DNA of 64,000 nt from Octopus vulgaris (GCA_951406725.2 OX597827.1:9796001-9860000), one strand, 5' to 3'. Counted from the stretch's first letter, positions 41,209 through 55,233 are shown. Numbers and translations are program-made. Notes: generated by a model not told the origin, from the letters alone.

Positions 41209-41968
41209 TATAATATTAACTTCAATATTTATATTATCAATATCAGACGGATAAAGGGCAAAGTGAAGATTGGCAGAGTTTGAACTCAGAATATAAAAGG
41301 ACAAAACCACATATTATAAAGTATTGTTGTATAGTAACCAACCAATTCTCCCATCCACTCATAAAACTAACTGGTTTATGATTTTAGCTTCGTTTTTATT
41401 CTTTTGGTGGCAATGGTGACATTAGTACGACTAACAAGTCAAATTTTAACTGGAATCATATCTCTCTATCAAAGGTGGTTTCCCTTCTACATTATCATTT
41501 TTTTAAAATCTATTTTTTTAGTTTCTTGGCTTAGAGGAAGAGATAGGGACTATGGCCTTTGCAAGCCCTCCTCATACACCAATGAAACTGCTGCGGTTAA
41601 TGTTCCTTTTGAACTTTGATATGTCAGAATTTATGGGAATCACATGGACAAAGAAGGAATTTCAGAAAGCTAACATTCTGGGAAGGACTGAGCACAGGGA
41701 TTAGTGTGTTGCTAGGTGATTAGACATAATAAGAATGGTGAGAGAATTAGAGATGAGGGAGACAAGAATGATGAAATGGAGACAGCATAAACCCAGCTAG
41801 TTCCAAGGAAGAGAGAGAGGCCATTGTAGTTAGTGCTTTGAAAGGTAGAGAGAAGGGATCTCTCTCTACTTGTGGTGCAGGGGCTGGAACATGTCTGTGA
41901 GTGACTTTATGACAATTAGTTGAGTGGCCCCCTTTACTGGATGCAGTCTAGGATGTCTGTGTGTGGAG

Positions 41969-42180
41969 TATCATCATCATCATCACCATCACCACCACCA
42001 CCACCACCACCACCACCACCATCACCATCACCATCACCACCACCACCATCACCATGATCATCATCATTATCATCATCATCATCATCATCATCATAAGCAG
42101 CAGCAGCAGCAGTAACAGCAACAACAGCAGCAGCAACCACCACCATCATCCACCCACCACCCACCACCCACTACCATCAC
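41969..42180. repeat. (CAT/CAC/CAG)n trinucleotide block
   Basis: Direct reading of the sequence. Confidence 0.9.
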
Positions 42181-43378
42181 ACTCCCAGTCACCCTGCCCC
42201 AGAAATGAAAGCAATACTTTGTGTTGGACGTAGCTTGAATTTATTTAGAGTATCAATAATTGTTTGGAGGTGAAGTATCCATACAAAAAGGAAAAAAAAA
42301 CCCAAAAAACAGAGGCGGGGTAAATAATGTTCTAAACATGTTCACAAGAATCTGAACTTGAAACTTAATATTTACACCTTATTTTAACCACCTCAGTAAT
42401 CTAACCACTGAGTCATTCTTGCACACCTTGCACAGCTAATTGATGTGTTGGGATAATAGAGATGCTGAGATACCGAAGACAGATGTGAGGTGATGATAAA
42501 CACCTAGAGTTGTTTATTAGAATGTGGAATGAGATATAATCGAGAGATAGGGGTGAGATATGATGACAAGGACTGGATTAGAAAAACTATTTAAACTGAC
42601 AGTTATTAGGGAAATGATAATCCAAAGTAGTTAAAGATTGTTAAGAGTTGCTGATAAAACGAAACTTCATAAACACATCAAGTATTTTTTAGTAAAAATA
42701 TAAATAATAAAATAAATATATAAATAAATAAATGCGAGAAAAGAAAAAAACTGAAAATTAAATAAAATAAATCAAAGCAAAAATACGAGAGTTATTTAGA
42801 AGAGGGGTTTTTTTTTCTTGGTTTTTTTCTTCTGAGAAATCAATGTTTAGCAGCAAAATTTCAAAGAAAATAAAACTTCGTAAAATACAAAATAGCAGCG
42901 AAAATGGAAGCATTTCTCTAATGAAAAGTTATCTGAACTGGATCTAAATGAAAATCAGCCAGAGTGTAGTTTTGTGAGTTAAGCTTTAAATTAATCTTTA
43001 AAATATAGTTAGTCTGGGAAACAAATGCATTGACATGATGTCACTTGAGATGACTTTTTTTTTTACAGGTAAAGCAATTGAAAAGAAAAGAGCAAAATAT
43101 CAAGGTAATACGGAAAGGATAACAAATTCTGGGATGAAAAAAAAAAAGGGTAAATGGACTAATATTAAGCTATTTTCTATATATGGTGAAAGCTTATATA
43201 GGTGTTGCTATGTGGTAAGAAACTTGCTTCCCAGCTACATGGTTCTGGGTTCAGTCTCAATGCATGGCACCTTGGGCAAGTGTTTTCTGCTATAGCTTTG
43301 GGTTGACCATAGACTTATGAGTGGATTTGATTGATGGAAACTGAAAATAGTCATCCATCATATATATATATATATATC

Positions 43379-43775
43379 TCGTGATGAGATGGCTATTTCT
43401 GTCTTTCTTCTCCTGGCCTCCTTCAAGTAGAGACGGTAAATCTGTTGCTCTCTGCCATTCTCAAACAATAGCGTTCGTAAAAAATTTTATCTCGTTTGGC
43501 TTAACAGCCCTTCTTGTTTGTGTTGCTGTTATTCTCCGTGTCCTGTCTTTTACTGTTTATATTTTGTACTGTCGTTACTGTCCTGTTTTTGTTACCATTT
43601 TTACCCCTCCGCAAAAAAATCTCAAATTTTATTTAATTTGATTTTCGCGGGAAGGAAATTTTCATTGAAGTCATGTATCGCCTTGACCTTCGAAACGTGG
43701 AATAGATAAAATTAAGGTGACTGAAGAAGGGAAATTTTCCTTGTTTTGTATGTCCTGTACTCTATTTTTCGTTGT
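43379..43775 (+). mobile_element. TA-flanked, T-rich Penelope-like element fragment
   Basis: It starts directly after (TA)n, contains CpGs, and carries cgaaacgt and ctgaaga motifs like the other TA-associated elements. Confidence 0.4.
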
Positions 43776-43899
43776 TATATGAGTATTTGGCGACCTCACC
43801 TGTGCAGGTGCCTTGAAAAAAAAGCACCTAGTACTCTCTGTTTAGTGGTTTGTGTTAGGAAGGACATCAGGGCAGTAGAAACAATGCCAAAAACATGTT

Positions 43900-44302
43900 A
43901 ACTCACAATTTATGTTCCTAACACTAGCTTAATGATAACCAAGTTATTTTACTAAATTCTTTGTTATATTAAAAAATTAATTAAAAGTAATATAGTAACA
44001 AAAGAGTTAAAGTCACCGTGATAGTTTTAACCCTTTTGATACCAACCCGATTGAAGCTGCCTCTGACTCTGTTGTACAAATATCTTGTTTTCAAAAGTAC
44101 TGAATTAAAATTTTCTGCCAAACCTTAGTCACAATTTGTATTCCTAACACCAGCTTAATGATAACTAAGTTATTTTACTAAATTCTCTGTTATATTAAAA
44201 ATTAATTGAAAGAAACACAGAGCATCTCAAAAGAAATATGGTAACAAAAAGGTTAAAGTCACCATGATATTTTTAACCCTTTTGATACCAGCCCGGTTGA
44301 AA
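43900..44302. mobile_element. Tandem array of TTAA/piggyBac-type MITE (partial + full + partial)
   Basis: Homologous to 52535-52756. Units are joined twice by gttaaagtcaccRtgataKttttaaccctttt. Confidence 0.8.
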
Positions 44303-44305
44303 CAT

Positions 44306-44366
<61 letters not shown>

Positions 44367-44645
44367 TCGCCAGTGCCACTGGACTGGCTCCTGTGCAGGT
44401 GTGGCATGTAAAAAGCACCATTTGGACATGGTCGTTGCCAGTATCACCAAACTGGCCCTTGTACCGGTGGCCTGTAAAAGCACCCACTACGCTCTCGGAG
44501 TGGTTGGTGTTAGGAAGGGCATCCAGCCGTAGAAACTCTGCCAGATCAGATTGGAGTCTGGTTTGCCAGACCGCAGTCAAATCGTCCAACCCATGCTAGC
44601 ATGGAAAGCGGACGTTAAATTATGATGATGATGATGATGATGATA
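44367..44645 (+). mobile_element. Family C element
   Basis: Internal units plus 3' signature. Confidence 0.85.
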
Positions 44646-44654
44646 TATATATAT

Positions 44655-44951
44655 ACATACATACATACATACATACATACAAACATACATACATACATAC
44701 ATACATGCATACATACATACATGCATGCATGCATACATACATACATACATACATGCATACATGCATACATACATACATACATACACATGCATGCATACAT
44801 ACATACATACATACATACATACATACATACATACACATACATACATACATACATACATACACATACATACATGCATGCATACATGCATACATACATACAT
44901 ACATACATACATACATACATACATACATACATACATACATGCATGCATACA

Positions 44952-44983
<32 letters not shown>

Positions 44984-44998
44984 CATACATGCATACAT
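44655..44998. repeat. (CATA)n microsatellite
   Basis: Direct reading of the sequence. Confidence 0.95.
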
Positions 44999-45222
44999 AG
45001 TTATGGTATATTCTGTTAAGAATGTAGTAGAGTAGAGTATAGAGCTCGCTCACCTTCAGATTTACCCTGTTCTATCCTGTAGCAGCATTACAGGTATCTC
45101 CAGGTTTATGTTTGGGCATCTGTTGTGGGTGAAAAAACAAATGAAAACATTGGAGTCAATAAGAAGGGGCACAGTTGGAGATTGTTTTTTACAGTTAGAT
45201 ATATATGTATATATATAATATA

Positions 45223-45299
<77 letters not shown>

Positions 45300-45368
45300 A
45301 TATATACATGTATATACATATGTATGTATATCTATCTAAATGTATGTGTACATGTGTGTGTGTATGTA

Positions 45369-45410
<42 letters not shown>

Positions 45411-45454
45411 GTAAACCTGACTTCGTCTTTTGTCTATTTTCATAAAGCTTCCCG

Positions 45455-45490
<36 letters not shown>

Positions 45491-45494
<4 letters not shown>

Positions 45495-45667
45495 AGAGTT
45501 TATGAAAAAACAAAAGACAAAGACAGGTGGTGTACAAAACAAACAGATGTATTAGTATAACGCTCAGGAATAGAAAAAGTCTTTTACGTTTCGAGCCTAT
45601 GCTCTTCTACAGAAAGGGACACATTAAAAACAAGGAGAGAAAAAAATGTTTGTAGTGGTTAACAATC
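45491..45667 (-). mobile_element. TA-inserted Penelope-like short element with minimal hammerhead-like motif (45579-45620)
   Basis: Minus strand gtccc-ttt-CTGTAGA-a-GAGC-atag-GCTC-GAAA-CG-TA-aaagac. The downstream ttcctgagcgt...taatac is shared with 55268-55478. Confidence 0.65.
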
Positions 45668-45831
45668 TATATATATATACGTCTGTATGCATTTATGTAT
45701 ATATATATATGCACATATATATACACACACATATACACACGTACACACATGCATGCATGAGCGCACATGTACACTTGCACACACGCATACGCACACACAC
45801 ACATGCACACATGCGTGCACAGAGGCATGCA

Positions 45832-45866
<35 letters not shown>

Positions 45867-46204
45867 GTATCCAGGCACATGCTCACACACATGCAGTAAC
45901 TTCTCTGAATTTTCTAAGACTAAGTCATTTGGCTGCTACTTCTAGCAGGTCGGATGTAGACGCAGCCGCTACTTCCATTACTACCACCACCACCACCACC
46001 GCCTCAAAATGTATTCAAGAATGTTCAGTTGGGTAAGGCAGGGGACTGACCGTTAAAACGTTAAGGAGGCAATGGTTAAAATAATCCAAGTCAACAAAAG
46101 TTGTCTCCCCTTTACATTAATATTAACTGGAGTTTGGAGTCTTCACACTTCATCATCGCTACCTCAACAGAAAAAGTACTTTACTGTAATATCTAAAAAT
46201 ATTG

Positions 46205-46213
46205 CGTGTATGC

Positions 46214-46266
<53 letters not shown>

Positions 46267-46519
46267 TGTATGCAAATGTGTATTTATAGATATATGTAAA
46301 TGAGTGTGTGTGTGTGTGTGTGTGTGTGTGTCTGTGTGTGTGTCTGTGCGTGTGTGCGTGTGTGTGTGTGTGTGAATGTGTGTGAGTGTATGCAGGTATG
46401 TATTTACACATATATATATGTAAATGAGTGTGTGTGTGTGTGTCTGTGTGTGTGTGTGTGTGAATGTGTGTGAGTGTATGCAGGTATGTATTTACATATA
46501 TATATATGTAAATGAGTGT

Positions 46520-46560
<41 letters not shown>

Positions 46561-46855
46561 TGTGTGAGTGTATGCAAGTGTGTATTTATATATATATATG
46601 TAAATAAGTGTGTATGTGTGTGTGTGTGTTTCTGTATGTGTGTGTGTGTGTGTGTGTCTGTGTATGTGTGTGTGTGTGTGTAAATGTGTGTGAGTGTATG
46701 CAAGTGTGTATTTATATATATATATGTAAATGAGTGCGTGTGTGTGTCTGACTGTGTGTGTGTGTGTGTGTGTGTGAATATGTGTGAGTGTAAATGTGTG
46801 TGAGTGTATGCAAGTGTGTATTTATATATATATGTAAATGAGTGTGTGTGTGTAT
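46205..46855. repeat. (TG)n-based minisatellite, about 6 higher-order units
   Basis: Recurring tgtgagtgtatgcaRgtRtgtatttaYatatatatatgtaaatgagtgtg. Confidence 0.88.
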
Positions 46856-47115
46856 CTTTTACTTGTTTCAGTCATTGATTGAACAGCGACCATACTGGAG
46901 CACTCCTTGATGAGTATAATCGAAGAAATTTACACCCCAGGTTTTATTTTAAAAGTCTGGTACTTGCTCCATCGGTGTCTTTTGATGGACTGCTAAGTTA
47001 CAGGGATGTAAAGAAACCAACACTGGTTGTCAAATGGCAGAGGAGGAAACACACACACACATAAAAATACATACACTCACACACATGCACGCACATACAC
47101 ACACAAATACACACA

Positions 47116-47149
<34 letters not shown>

Positions 47150-47344
47150 TACGGCCCAGTGGTTAGGATGTTGTTCTCATGATCACTAGGTCGTGATTTC
47201 AATTCCCAGACTGGGTGGTGCATTGTGTTCTTGAGCAAGACACTTCACCTCATGTTTCTGTGATCACTTTGACACCTGACGCGTGGCACACAGTACACCT
47301 GTTCAGACAATGTTGATTTGATGGAGATGTATACATATATATAC

Positions 47345-47506
47345 GACAGGCTTCTTTCAGTTTCCATCTACCAAATCCACTCACAAGGCTTTGATCGGTC
47401 TGAGGCTATAGTAGAAGACACTTGCCCAAGGAGCTCTGCAGTGGGACTGAACCCAGAACCATGTGGGTAGTAAGCAAGATACTTACCACATGGCCACTTC
47501 TGCACC
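47345..47506 (-). mobile_element. SINE family A 5' half, nested in a family D-like element
   Basis: Family match; shares diagnostic variants with 51045-51208. Confidence 0.82.
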
Positions 47507-47654
47507 TATGAGCTAATGTGTGGCAGGAACGTTTGATCACTCTAAACAAATCATTTGTGAAGGTCGTTCGGCAAAAGCTGAATGCCCATACATCATCTTC
47601 AATGGGTGAGCCGGTCATCAACACATAAAGGGCAAAAGGGTAAAGACCCTCTAT

Positions 47655-47975
47655 GTTCATGAATGACCATAGGATTGCACCAAGAAATTCCCTTCTGTGG
47701 TACAAGTCTGGGCAAGGTAGTTTATGGAAGACCAGCAGTCGCCCGTGCATATCAGCCTCTGCTCTCCATGACACCAATGTTATCCAAGGGAAAGGTAAAG
47801 GCCAATCAATACAGCTTGGCACCAGTGACATTACAACTCGTTTCTGCAGCTGAATGAACTGGAACAATGTGAAATGAAGAGTCTTGCTCAACACACACAG
47901 CCTCGTTTGGGAATCAAACTCACTACCTCATGATTGTGAGCTCAACACACTAATCACTGAACCAGGCCCCTTCAC
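47655..47975 (-). mobile_element. SINE family D
   Basis: Homologous to 32740-33050. Confidence 0.72.
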
Positions 47976-47983
47976 ACATATAC

Positions 47984-48214
47984 ATTTCTTTACTGCCCAC
48001 AAGGGGCTAAACATAGAGGGGACAAACAAGGACAGACTAAGGGATTAAGTCGATTACATCGACCCCAGTGCGAAACTGGTACTTTATTTATCAACCCCGA
48101 AAGGATGAAAGGCAAAGTCGACCTCGGCAGAATTTGAACTCAGAACGTAGCGACAGACGAAATACTGCTGAGCATTTCACCCGGCGTGCTAACGATTCTG
48201 CCAGCTTGCCACCT
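47984..48214 (-). mobile_element. SINE family B
   Basis: Family match; flanking ttcacacatata duplicated. Confidence 0.9.
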
Positions 48215-48695
48215 TTCACACATATATGGATGTATAATGTATGTGTGTGTGCCTTAATATTTGTGTTTGTCCTCCACCCACCACTTGATAACCAGTGTTG
48301 GTTTGTTTATGTTGGTTTGTTTGTTGTAGTTTTCCTTTTATACCACCAGTCTTGTAACTTTCCGATCAAACGTTGTATCTGCTCAGCTAGGTTTGAACTG
48401 AGTTGAAAGATCAACATATACACACATAGAGATAGATATACACCATAACCACCACCACCACCACCACCATAACCACCACCACCACCATAACCACCACCAC
48501 CACCACCATCATCATCACCATCATCAACATCTTCATCATCATCTTTATCATCATCCATCTGTTCAAACACACATACACACACATGCACACACATACACAT
48601 ATATGTGTTTATGTATGTATGTACATATGTATATGTATGTATATATGTATGCATATGTGTATGTATATGTATACACACACATATACATATATGCA

Positions 48696-48925
48696 GGCGG
48701 CGAGCTGGCAGAAACGTTGGCACGCCGGACGAAATGCGTAGCCGTATTTCGTCTGTCGTTGCGTTCTGAGTTCAAATTCCGCTGAGGTCGACTTTGCCTT
48801 TCATCCTTTCGGGGTCGATAAATTAAGTACCAGTTACGCACTGGGGTCGATGTAATTGACTTAATCCGTTTGTCTTTTCTTGTTTGTCCCCTCTGTGTTT
48901 AGCCCCTTGTGGGTAGTAAAGAAAT
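48696..48925 (+). mobile_element. SINE family B
   Basis: Family match. Confidence 0.92.
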
Positions 48926-49375
48926 ATATATGTATATATGTGTGTGTATATATATGTATATGTATATATATGTATGTACACGTACATACAGACATATATG
49001 CATATCTATATCTATATCTGTGTGTGTGTGTGTGTGTTTATATCTGATAGACTACTTTTAGTTTCCATCTACTAAGTCCCTTCAGAGGGCTTTGGTCCGA
49101 GAGCTATCATAGAAGACACTTGTTCAAGGTACCACCTAGTAGGATTGAACCCTAAACCATGTGGTTGAGAAGACATTTCTTCTTCCAACAAACCTACTCC
49201 TGCATCTTTATATGTATATACATATTCCTTTAGAATTTTATAATTACGCCTTGATACAGATATTTTCTTGTTTAGATGAATTTTAAAAAAAGTATACACA
49301 ATCAAGATATGCATGTATTAATATATAACACATCAATAACATAAATATGTATAAAGGTAAAAAAAATTCATTTAT

Positions 49376-49651
49376 TAACCTTTTTGATCTCAACACACCT
49401 GAGACCCCTCTGGTTCTATAATACACCTTACCAAAGCCATTATAAAATGTTCGTATTTAAATTAAGATCTTCCAACATAATTTTATGTAAGAATCTTTTA
49501 TTCAGTAATGGTCTGAACGTGAGCTTAATAATGAAAAAAAAACAAGAATTGATGATTTTATTAAATTCTTTCAAATTTTTAATTAGTTTCAAAATTAATT
49601 GAAATATTTGAATTGTGTATTTCATTAAAAATATGGTAGCGAGAGGGTTAA
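49376..49651. mobile_element. Older TTAA-flanked MITE related to 52535-52756
   Basis: ttaacctttttgat...ggtagcgagagggttaa. Confidence 0.6.
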
Positions 49652-49784
49652 AAGATAAATATTTATTTATTATGAGATCTTAAGGAAAAATACTCTACAT
49701 ACCAATATGGTGCTGCTTACCCTGCTGAACAGTAGTAGTGAAATCTCCCTCGGACCAACTGCATTTGTTTTACAAAATGACTTA

Positions 49785-50206
49785 TTACTCTCTCTTTTAC
49801 TCTATTACTTGTTACAGTCATTTGACTGCGGCCATGCTGGAGCACCGCCTTTAGTCGAGCAAATCGACCCCGGGACTTATTCTTTTTGTAAGCCCAGTAC
49901 TTTATTCTATCGGTCTCTTTAGCCGAACCGCTAAGTGACGGGGGACGTAAACACACCAGCATCGGTTGTCAAGCAATGCTAGGGGGACAAACACAGACAC
50001 ACAAACATATACACACACATAAATATATATATATACATATATGCGACAGGATTCTTTCAGTTTCCGTCTACCAAATCCACTCACAAGGCATTGGTCGGCC
50101 CAGGGCTATAGCAGAAGACACTTGCCCAAGATGCCACGCAGTGGGACTGAACCCTGAACCATGTGGTTGGTTAGCAAGCTACTTACCACACAGCCACTCC
50201 TGCGCC
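49785..50206 (-). mobile_element. SINE family A
   Basis: Full family match. Confidence 0.92.
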
Positions 50207-50229
50207 TTATTAGATAAGAATTTCAAATA

Positions 50230-50528
50230 TTCTTTTCTACTTTAAGCACAAGACCCAAAACTTTTGCGAGAGGGTGGAGGGGGCAGTCGATTTGATCGAC
50301 TCCAGTACACAACTGGTACTTAATTTATCGACTCTGAAAGGATGAAACGCAGTGTTGACTTTGACAGAATTTGAACTCAGAACATAAAAACAGACAAAAT
50401 ACCTATTTCTTTACTACCCTCAAGGGGCTAAACACAGAGGGGACAAACAAGGACAGACAAACGGATTGAGTCGATTACATCGACCCCAATGCATTACTGA
50501 TACTTATTTAATCGACCCCGAAAGGATG
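50230..50528 (-). mobile_element. SINE B'/B chimera
   Basis: Old tail plus body, the junction aaaatacc|tatttcttt, then the young tail. Confidence 0.8.
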
Positions 50529-51002
50529 ACATATTCGAATGTATTATAGCATTAATGCATTCAAATATGCCTAAACTAAATTCCTCAAAATGAAGATGGA
50601 GTCATGGTTTTGACATTGGTACTATCCCTTCCTCTATCTATAAAGAGAAAAAATTCTTGCTTGTCTCCATTCAACCAAGAATAAAAAAAAACCCTCCCCA
50701 CTGATAGATCTAAATAACAAAGTGAACTTAGGGATAAAATCTACAGATGGAGAATGAACATACTACCATCATGTTCTTAATGATGAAATTAACCTCTCTG
50801 TCTATGTATCTACCCTCTTTGTAATGTTGGCGAATGAAATAAGTATAAGAATGTGCATTGTCCGTTTAATTGGAAAATTCTATATGTGGCTGAAGATTGC
50901 TCGACATTTTAAAACTGTTATAATACTTACAGTGTTTAATAAAATGAAGTAGCATGAAACAATTGTACTACTCTACCTTGGCTATCCTCGTTGCTTATTT
51001 TG

Positions 51003-51044
<42 letters not shown>

Positions 51045-51045
<1 letters not shown>

Positions 51046-51208
51046 GATAGGCTTCTTTCAGTTTGCGTCTACCAAATCCACTCACAAGGCTTTGATCGTT
51101 CTGAGGCTATAGTAGAAGATACTTGCCCAAGGAGCTCTGCAGTGGGACTGAACCCAGAACCATGTGGTTGGCAAGCAAGATACTTACCACATGGCCACTT
51201 CTGCTCCT
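51045..51208 (-). mobile_element. SINE family A 5' half
   Basis: Family match. Confidence 0.82.
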
Positions 51209-52312
51209 ATGTTTAGTTATCGAGTGATGTTGAGTTATACTCAAAATCTTAGCCATTCCATCTATGGAAAACAATCAAAGAAGCACTATTTAAAGCCCTA
51301 AGCTTCAATGTAAGTGACTAAAAATCACATTGGAGGTACTCCATCATGACCATAGTACAATGAGAAACCAATTAAAGAAAAGTTAAGGTGCCTAAGATTT
51401 CTACAGGGCTGAGTTAATGTGATTGTGTAGTGTTCATTCATTTCTCTATGTCATGATTGACAAAAGTAAAGTGGTGGTGTCATCAGCCAGGAATCTGGAA
51501 TCGAATTTGGACAATGGAACCAGTTGTGTGTCTGTTAGTCTCAAGCTGACCAAAGCCTTGTGGGAGGAAAACCTAAAGAAGAGGAAAACCTAAAGAAGCC
51601 ACTCACACACACACACACACACACACTCATACACAGATATATAAGAATATATATGCATGTATGTACATACATATATATATTAATATGCATACATAGACAC
51701 ATATATAGATGTGTATGGATGGATGTTTGTATATATGGATACATGTAAATTGCTTTCAGCTCACATGTACTCTAAATTCCTGCAATTACTAACACATACT
51801 TGATTTAGTATATTTTTAAGCATTCTTATGTATGCAGAAGCTTACATATTTATAGGGGTTGGTGGATCAGATATGAGATATTGAAGTATTTATGCTATTT
51901 CCAAACATATTAGTAATCTAAGTAAGTTGAACTGAATGAAAATAGTGTCGCATATTTTGGTAGGAGATTATTTCTGTTCAATGGAACTTCCTCTGAAATG
52001 AAGAAATATTGGCTTCTTTTAACTTGGAATAGGCATAATGGGTTTAGAGTGTGATTTGTCTTTGATTGAAATAACTTCTGTATATTCTTATGTTAATACA
52101 TTCCAAATTACAAAGCTCCATTAAGTCAATACTCGGCTCCTGTTTTATATGATTAAACAGAAGTGAGACAGACTTCCTAGTGGATGTGTTACAGTACTAT
52201 TGCAGATTAACTTTCCCACACGAAAGGGATTAAATTTAGTACTTCAAGTCAATGAATTATTTGTCAATTCTACAATTCTACAACTGTTGTTATTAATATT
52301 GATTAATGGTGT

Positions 52313-52534
52313 AAGGCACCAAGCTGGCAGAAATGTTAGCACACCAGATGAAATATTTAGTGGCATTTTGTCCATCATTAGATTCTGAGTTCAAATTCTA
52401 CTGAAGAATTTGCTTTTCACCATTTTAGGGGAATCAATAAAATAGTACCAGTTGAGTAATGGGTTTGATGTAATCGACCTACTCCCTCCTCCGAAATTGC
52501 TGGCTTCGTACCAAAAATTTGCAATCAATATTAA
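52313..52534 (+). mobile_element. SINE family B' (old)
   Basis: Diverged B head and body with the old tail; its 3' half recurs at ~53127-53235. Confidence 0.72.
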
Positions 52535-52756
52535 CCCTTTCGTTACCAACCCGGCTGAAACCGGCTCTGGCTCTGTTGTACAAATATTTTGTTTTCATAG
52601 GTTTTGAATTAAAAATCTTCCACCAAATCTTGGTCACAATTTATGTTCCTAACACTAACTGAATGATAACCAAGTTATTTTGCTAAATTCTTTGTTATAT
52701 TTAAAGTAATTGAAAGAAACACAGAGCATCTCAAAATAAATACAGTAATGAAAGGG
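52535..52756. mobile_element. piggyBac-type MITE
   Basis: TTAA|CCCTTTCGTTAC...GTAATGAAAGGG|TTAA terminal inverted repeats. An empty-site paralog (atcaatattaatgaa) is at ~53221-53235. Confidence 0.88.
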
Positions 52757-53910
52757 TTAACGAAGAGTGTCATAATTTGGTACTTACCAAGTGATACTAA
52801 TATTAGTATCACCATGTAGTACTTAACTAAGTGTTAGGTGAACTTGTTATCTTACTACCAAAGCAACTTCACTTTCTCTCCCTTACTCTCACCTAAATGC
52901 TAAGAACTTAATACTGAATCAATCTATGTGTTAACAAATGGAGACCGTAGCCCACAAATTAGGCTTCTAAGATGGGCCCTGTATGCCTTGGATCTTTTCT
53001 AAAACTATTTCAGACAATGTATTTGAGAGCTATTGAGTAGTTGATGGATTTTAGCTAACTTTTTCCATGCTACCATGGGTAAAGGAATATTTTATCGAGA
53101 CATTGTTTGATGGCTGAATGTTCTTTGGGGATCAATAAAATAGTACCAGTTGAGTACTTGGTTTGATGTAATCGACCTACACCCTCCTCCGAAATTGCTG
53201 GCTTCATACCAAAATTTGAAATCAATATTAATGAATCTCTTTTTCAAGTAAGATATCAGAAAAATTTGATCTCAGGAAGGTGAAGTCTCAGGTAAACATT
53301 GTTAAATATTAGGTCCCATGCTCTATTAATTTGGCCTTAAATAGTGACCCTCAGAACTGAAGTAAAGCTAAGAAACTGAAGGAAACTGTCTGGGAGTACA
53401 TCATGTATCATCATCAAAATCGTTGTTTTAATGCCTGCATAACTTAGCAGTTTGACAAAAGAAACCTATAAAATGAATACCAGAATTAAAAAGAGAAAAA
53501 TACATAACAGAATTGATTTGTTGAAATAAACCCTTTAAAGTGTGCCCCAGCATGGCTACAATCTAATGACTAAAACAAATAAAAGAATATATTTAGGTAT
53601 GGTGCGTTTGAATTATTGAACATGTCCTTTGAACAAGATCACATGCATACTAAAAATAGTGGTTGGGGGAGAGAGTGTATAAGAAGATACGATATTGGAA
53701 GAAGGAAGGTATGGTGAGAGATAGATAGATAGATAGATATTATCTGTATGTTTATGTATGAGATAAACAGAGGTAGAGAGAACTAGAGAGAGAGAGAGAG
53801 AGAGAGAGCTAGAGAAAGAGAGTGAGAGAGAGAGAGGAAGAGAAAGCGGGTGAAAGTGAGAGTGTGGCAATAGCAAGCTAAAAAGATTTTATGTCGGAGT
53901 TCTTTTTTTT

Positions 53911-53912
<2 letters not shown>

Positions 53913-54002
<90 letters not shown>
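53913..54002. repeat. Pure (TA)n microsatellite
   Basis: Direct reading of the sequence. Confidence 0.95.
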
Positions 54003-54005
<3 letters not shown>

Positions 54006-54147
54006 TTACACACATGAGATTTTTGTCTCTGTTATTGTATATGAAAAGTTAACTGCAACATAGACAGACCATGCCTGGAGCCAACAAAATTTATTGCGAG
54101 GGAATATAATTCAATTAGAAAGATAAAACATCCCCTCTTTTGTTATG

Positions 54148-54191
<44 letters not shown>

Positions 54192-55009
54192 TATCATCAT
54201 CCTCATCATCATCATCATTCTTTTTTTTCTCTCTCTCTCTCTATCTCTTTCTTTCTCCCCTGTGTATTTAACTTTATTCAATCTGCTGTAGAGAATAAGA
54301 AATTCTTACAGAAAAGCCTGTTAATTTTTTTTTGTCATATTTTTAAAAATATTTTTATTATTATTATTATTATTTTTTAAAATTTTTTTATCAAGAATAA
54401 GTACTAAGATTATTTATTGTTTCTTACTGTTTGAATAAAACCAGAATTTTTTTTTTTTTTTTATATTCAGTCTTAAATCATTTTGCTGTAACGCTTTCAA
54501 ATTAGATTTTCTGTCTTTGAATATCAGTAAAAATTTTAAACTTTCCTGTCCAATTTGTTGGAGGTTAGTAAAATAAATTTTTTTTTTCCTATTTTATTTT
54601 CATGTGAATTTATTGACTGGCAGCAGGGGACAATTTAAAAAAAGACATTAATGCTAACAGTTCATATGTTGTTCTCTTACGAAATTATAGCTATATGTCT
54701 TCATTGTAGACAAATTAGCAAAGATATTTAACGCGTCACATGGGAGTTGAATATTTATACTGATACACAACGGAATCAGGAAGTCGTATTACCGATTGCT
54801 AAAGCCAATATAATTTATAATAAAATAAAATTTAATTTACATGTTCATTAACGAAGTACCTGGGCATCAATTTTTACTGACCCCACATTACTGTGAAATT
54901 AATCCAAGATTTTTGCATCATATCATTCGTTTAACATTCATTGCTCCACGCAAGCATGGGTTAGATCAATATATATGTGTGTGTATGAAAAAAAAAAAAT
55001 ACACGATTT

Positions 55010-55233
55010 TTCGTGGTTGTTGCCAGTACCGCCTGACTGGCCCTCATGCCGGTGGCACATAAAAGCACCGACTCCACTCTTGGAGTGGTTGGCATTAGGA
55101 AGGGCATCCAGCTGTAGAAACCCTGCCAGATCAAGATTGGAGCCTGGTGCAGCCATCTGGTTCGCCAGTCCTCAGTCAAATCGTCCAACCCATGCTAGCA
55201 TGGAAAGCAGACGTTGAACAACAATGATGATGA

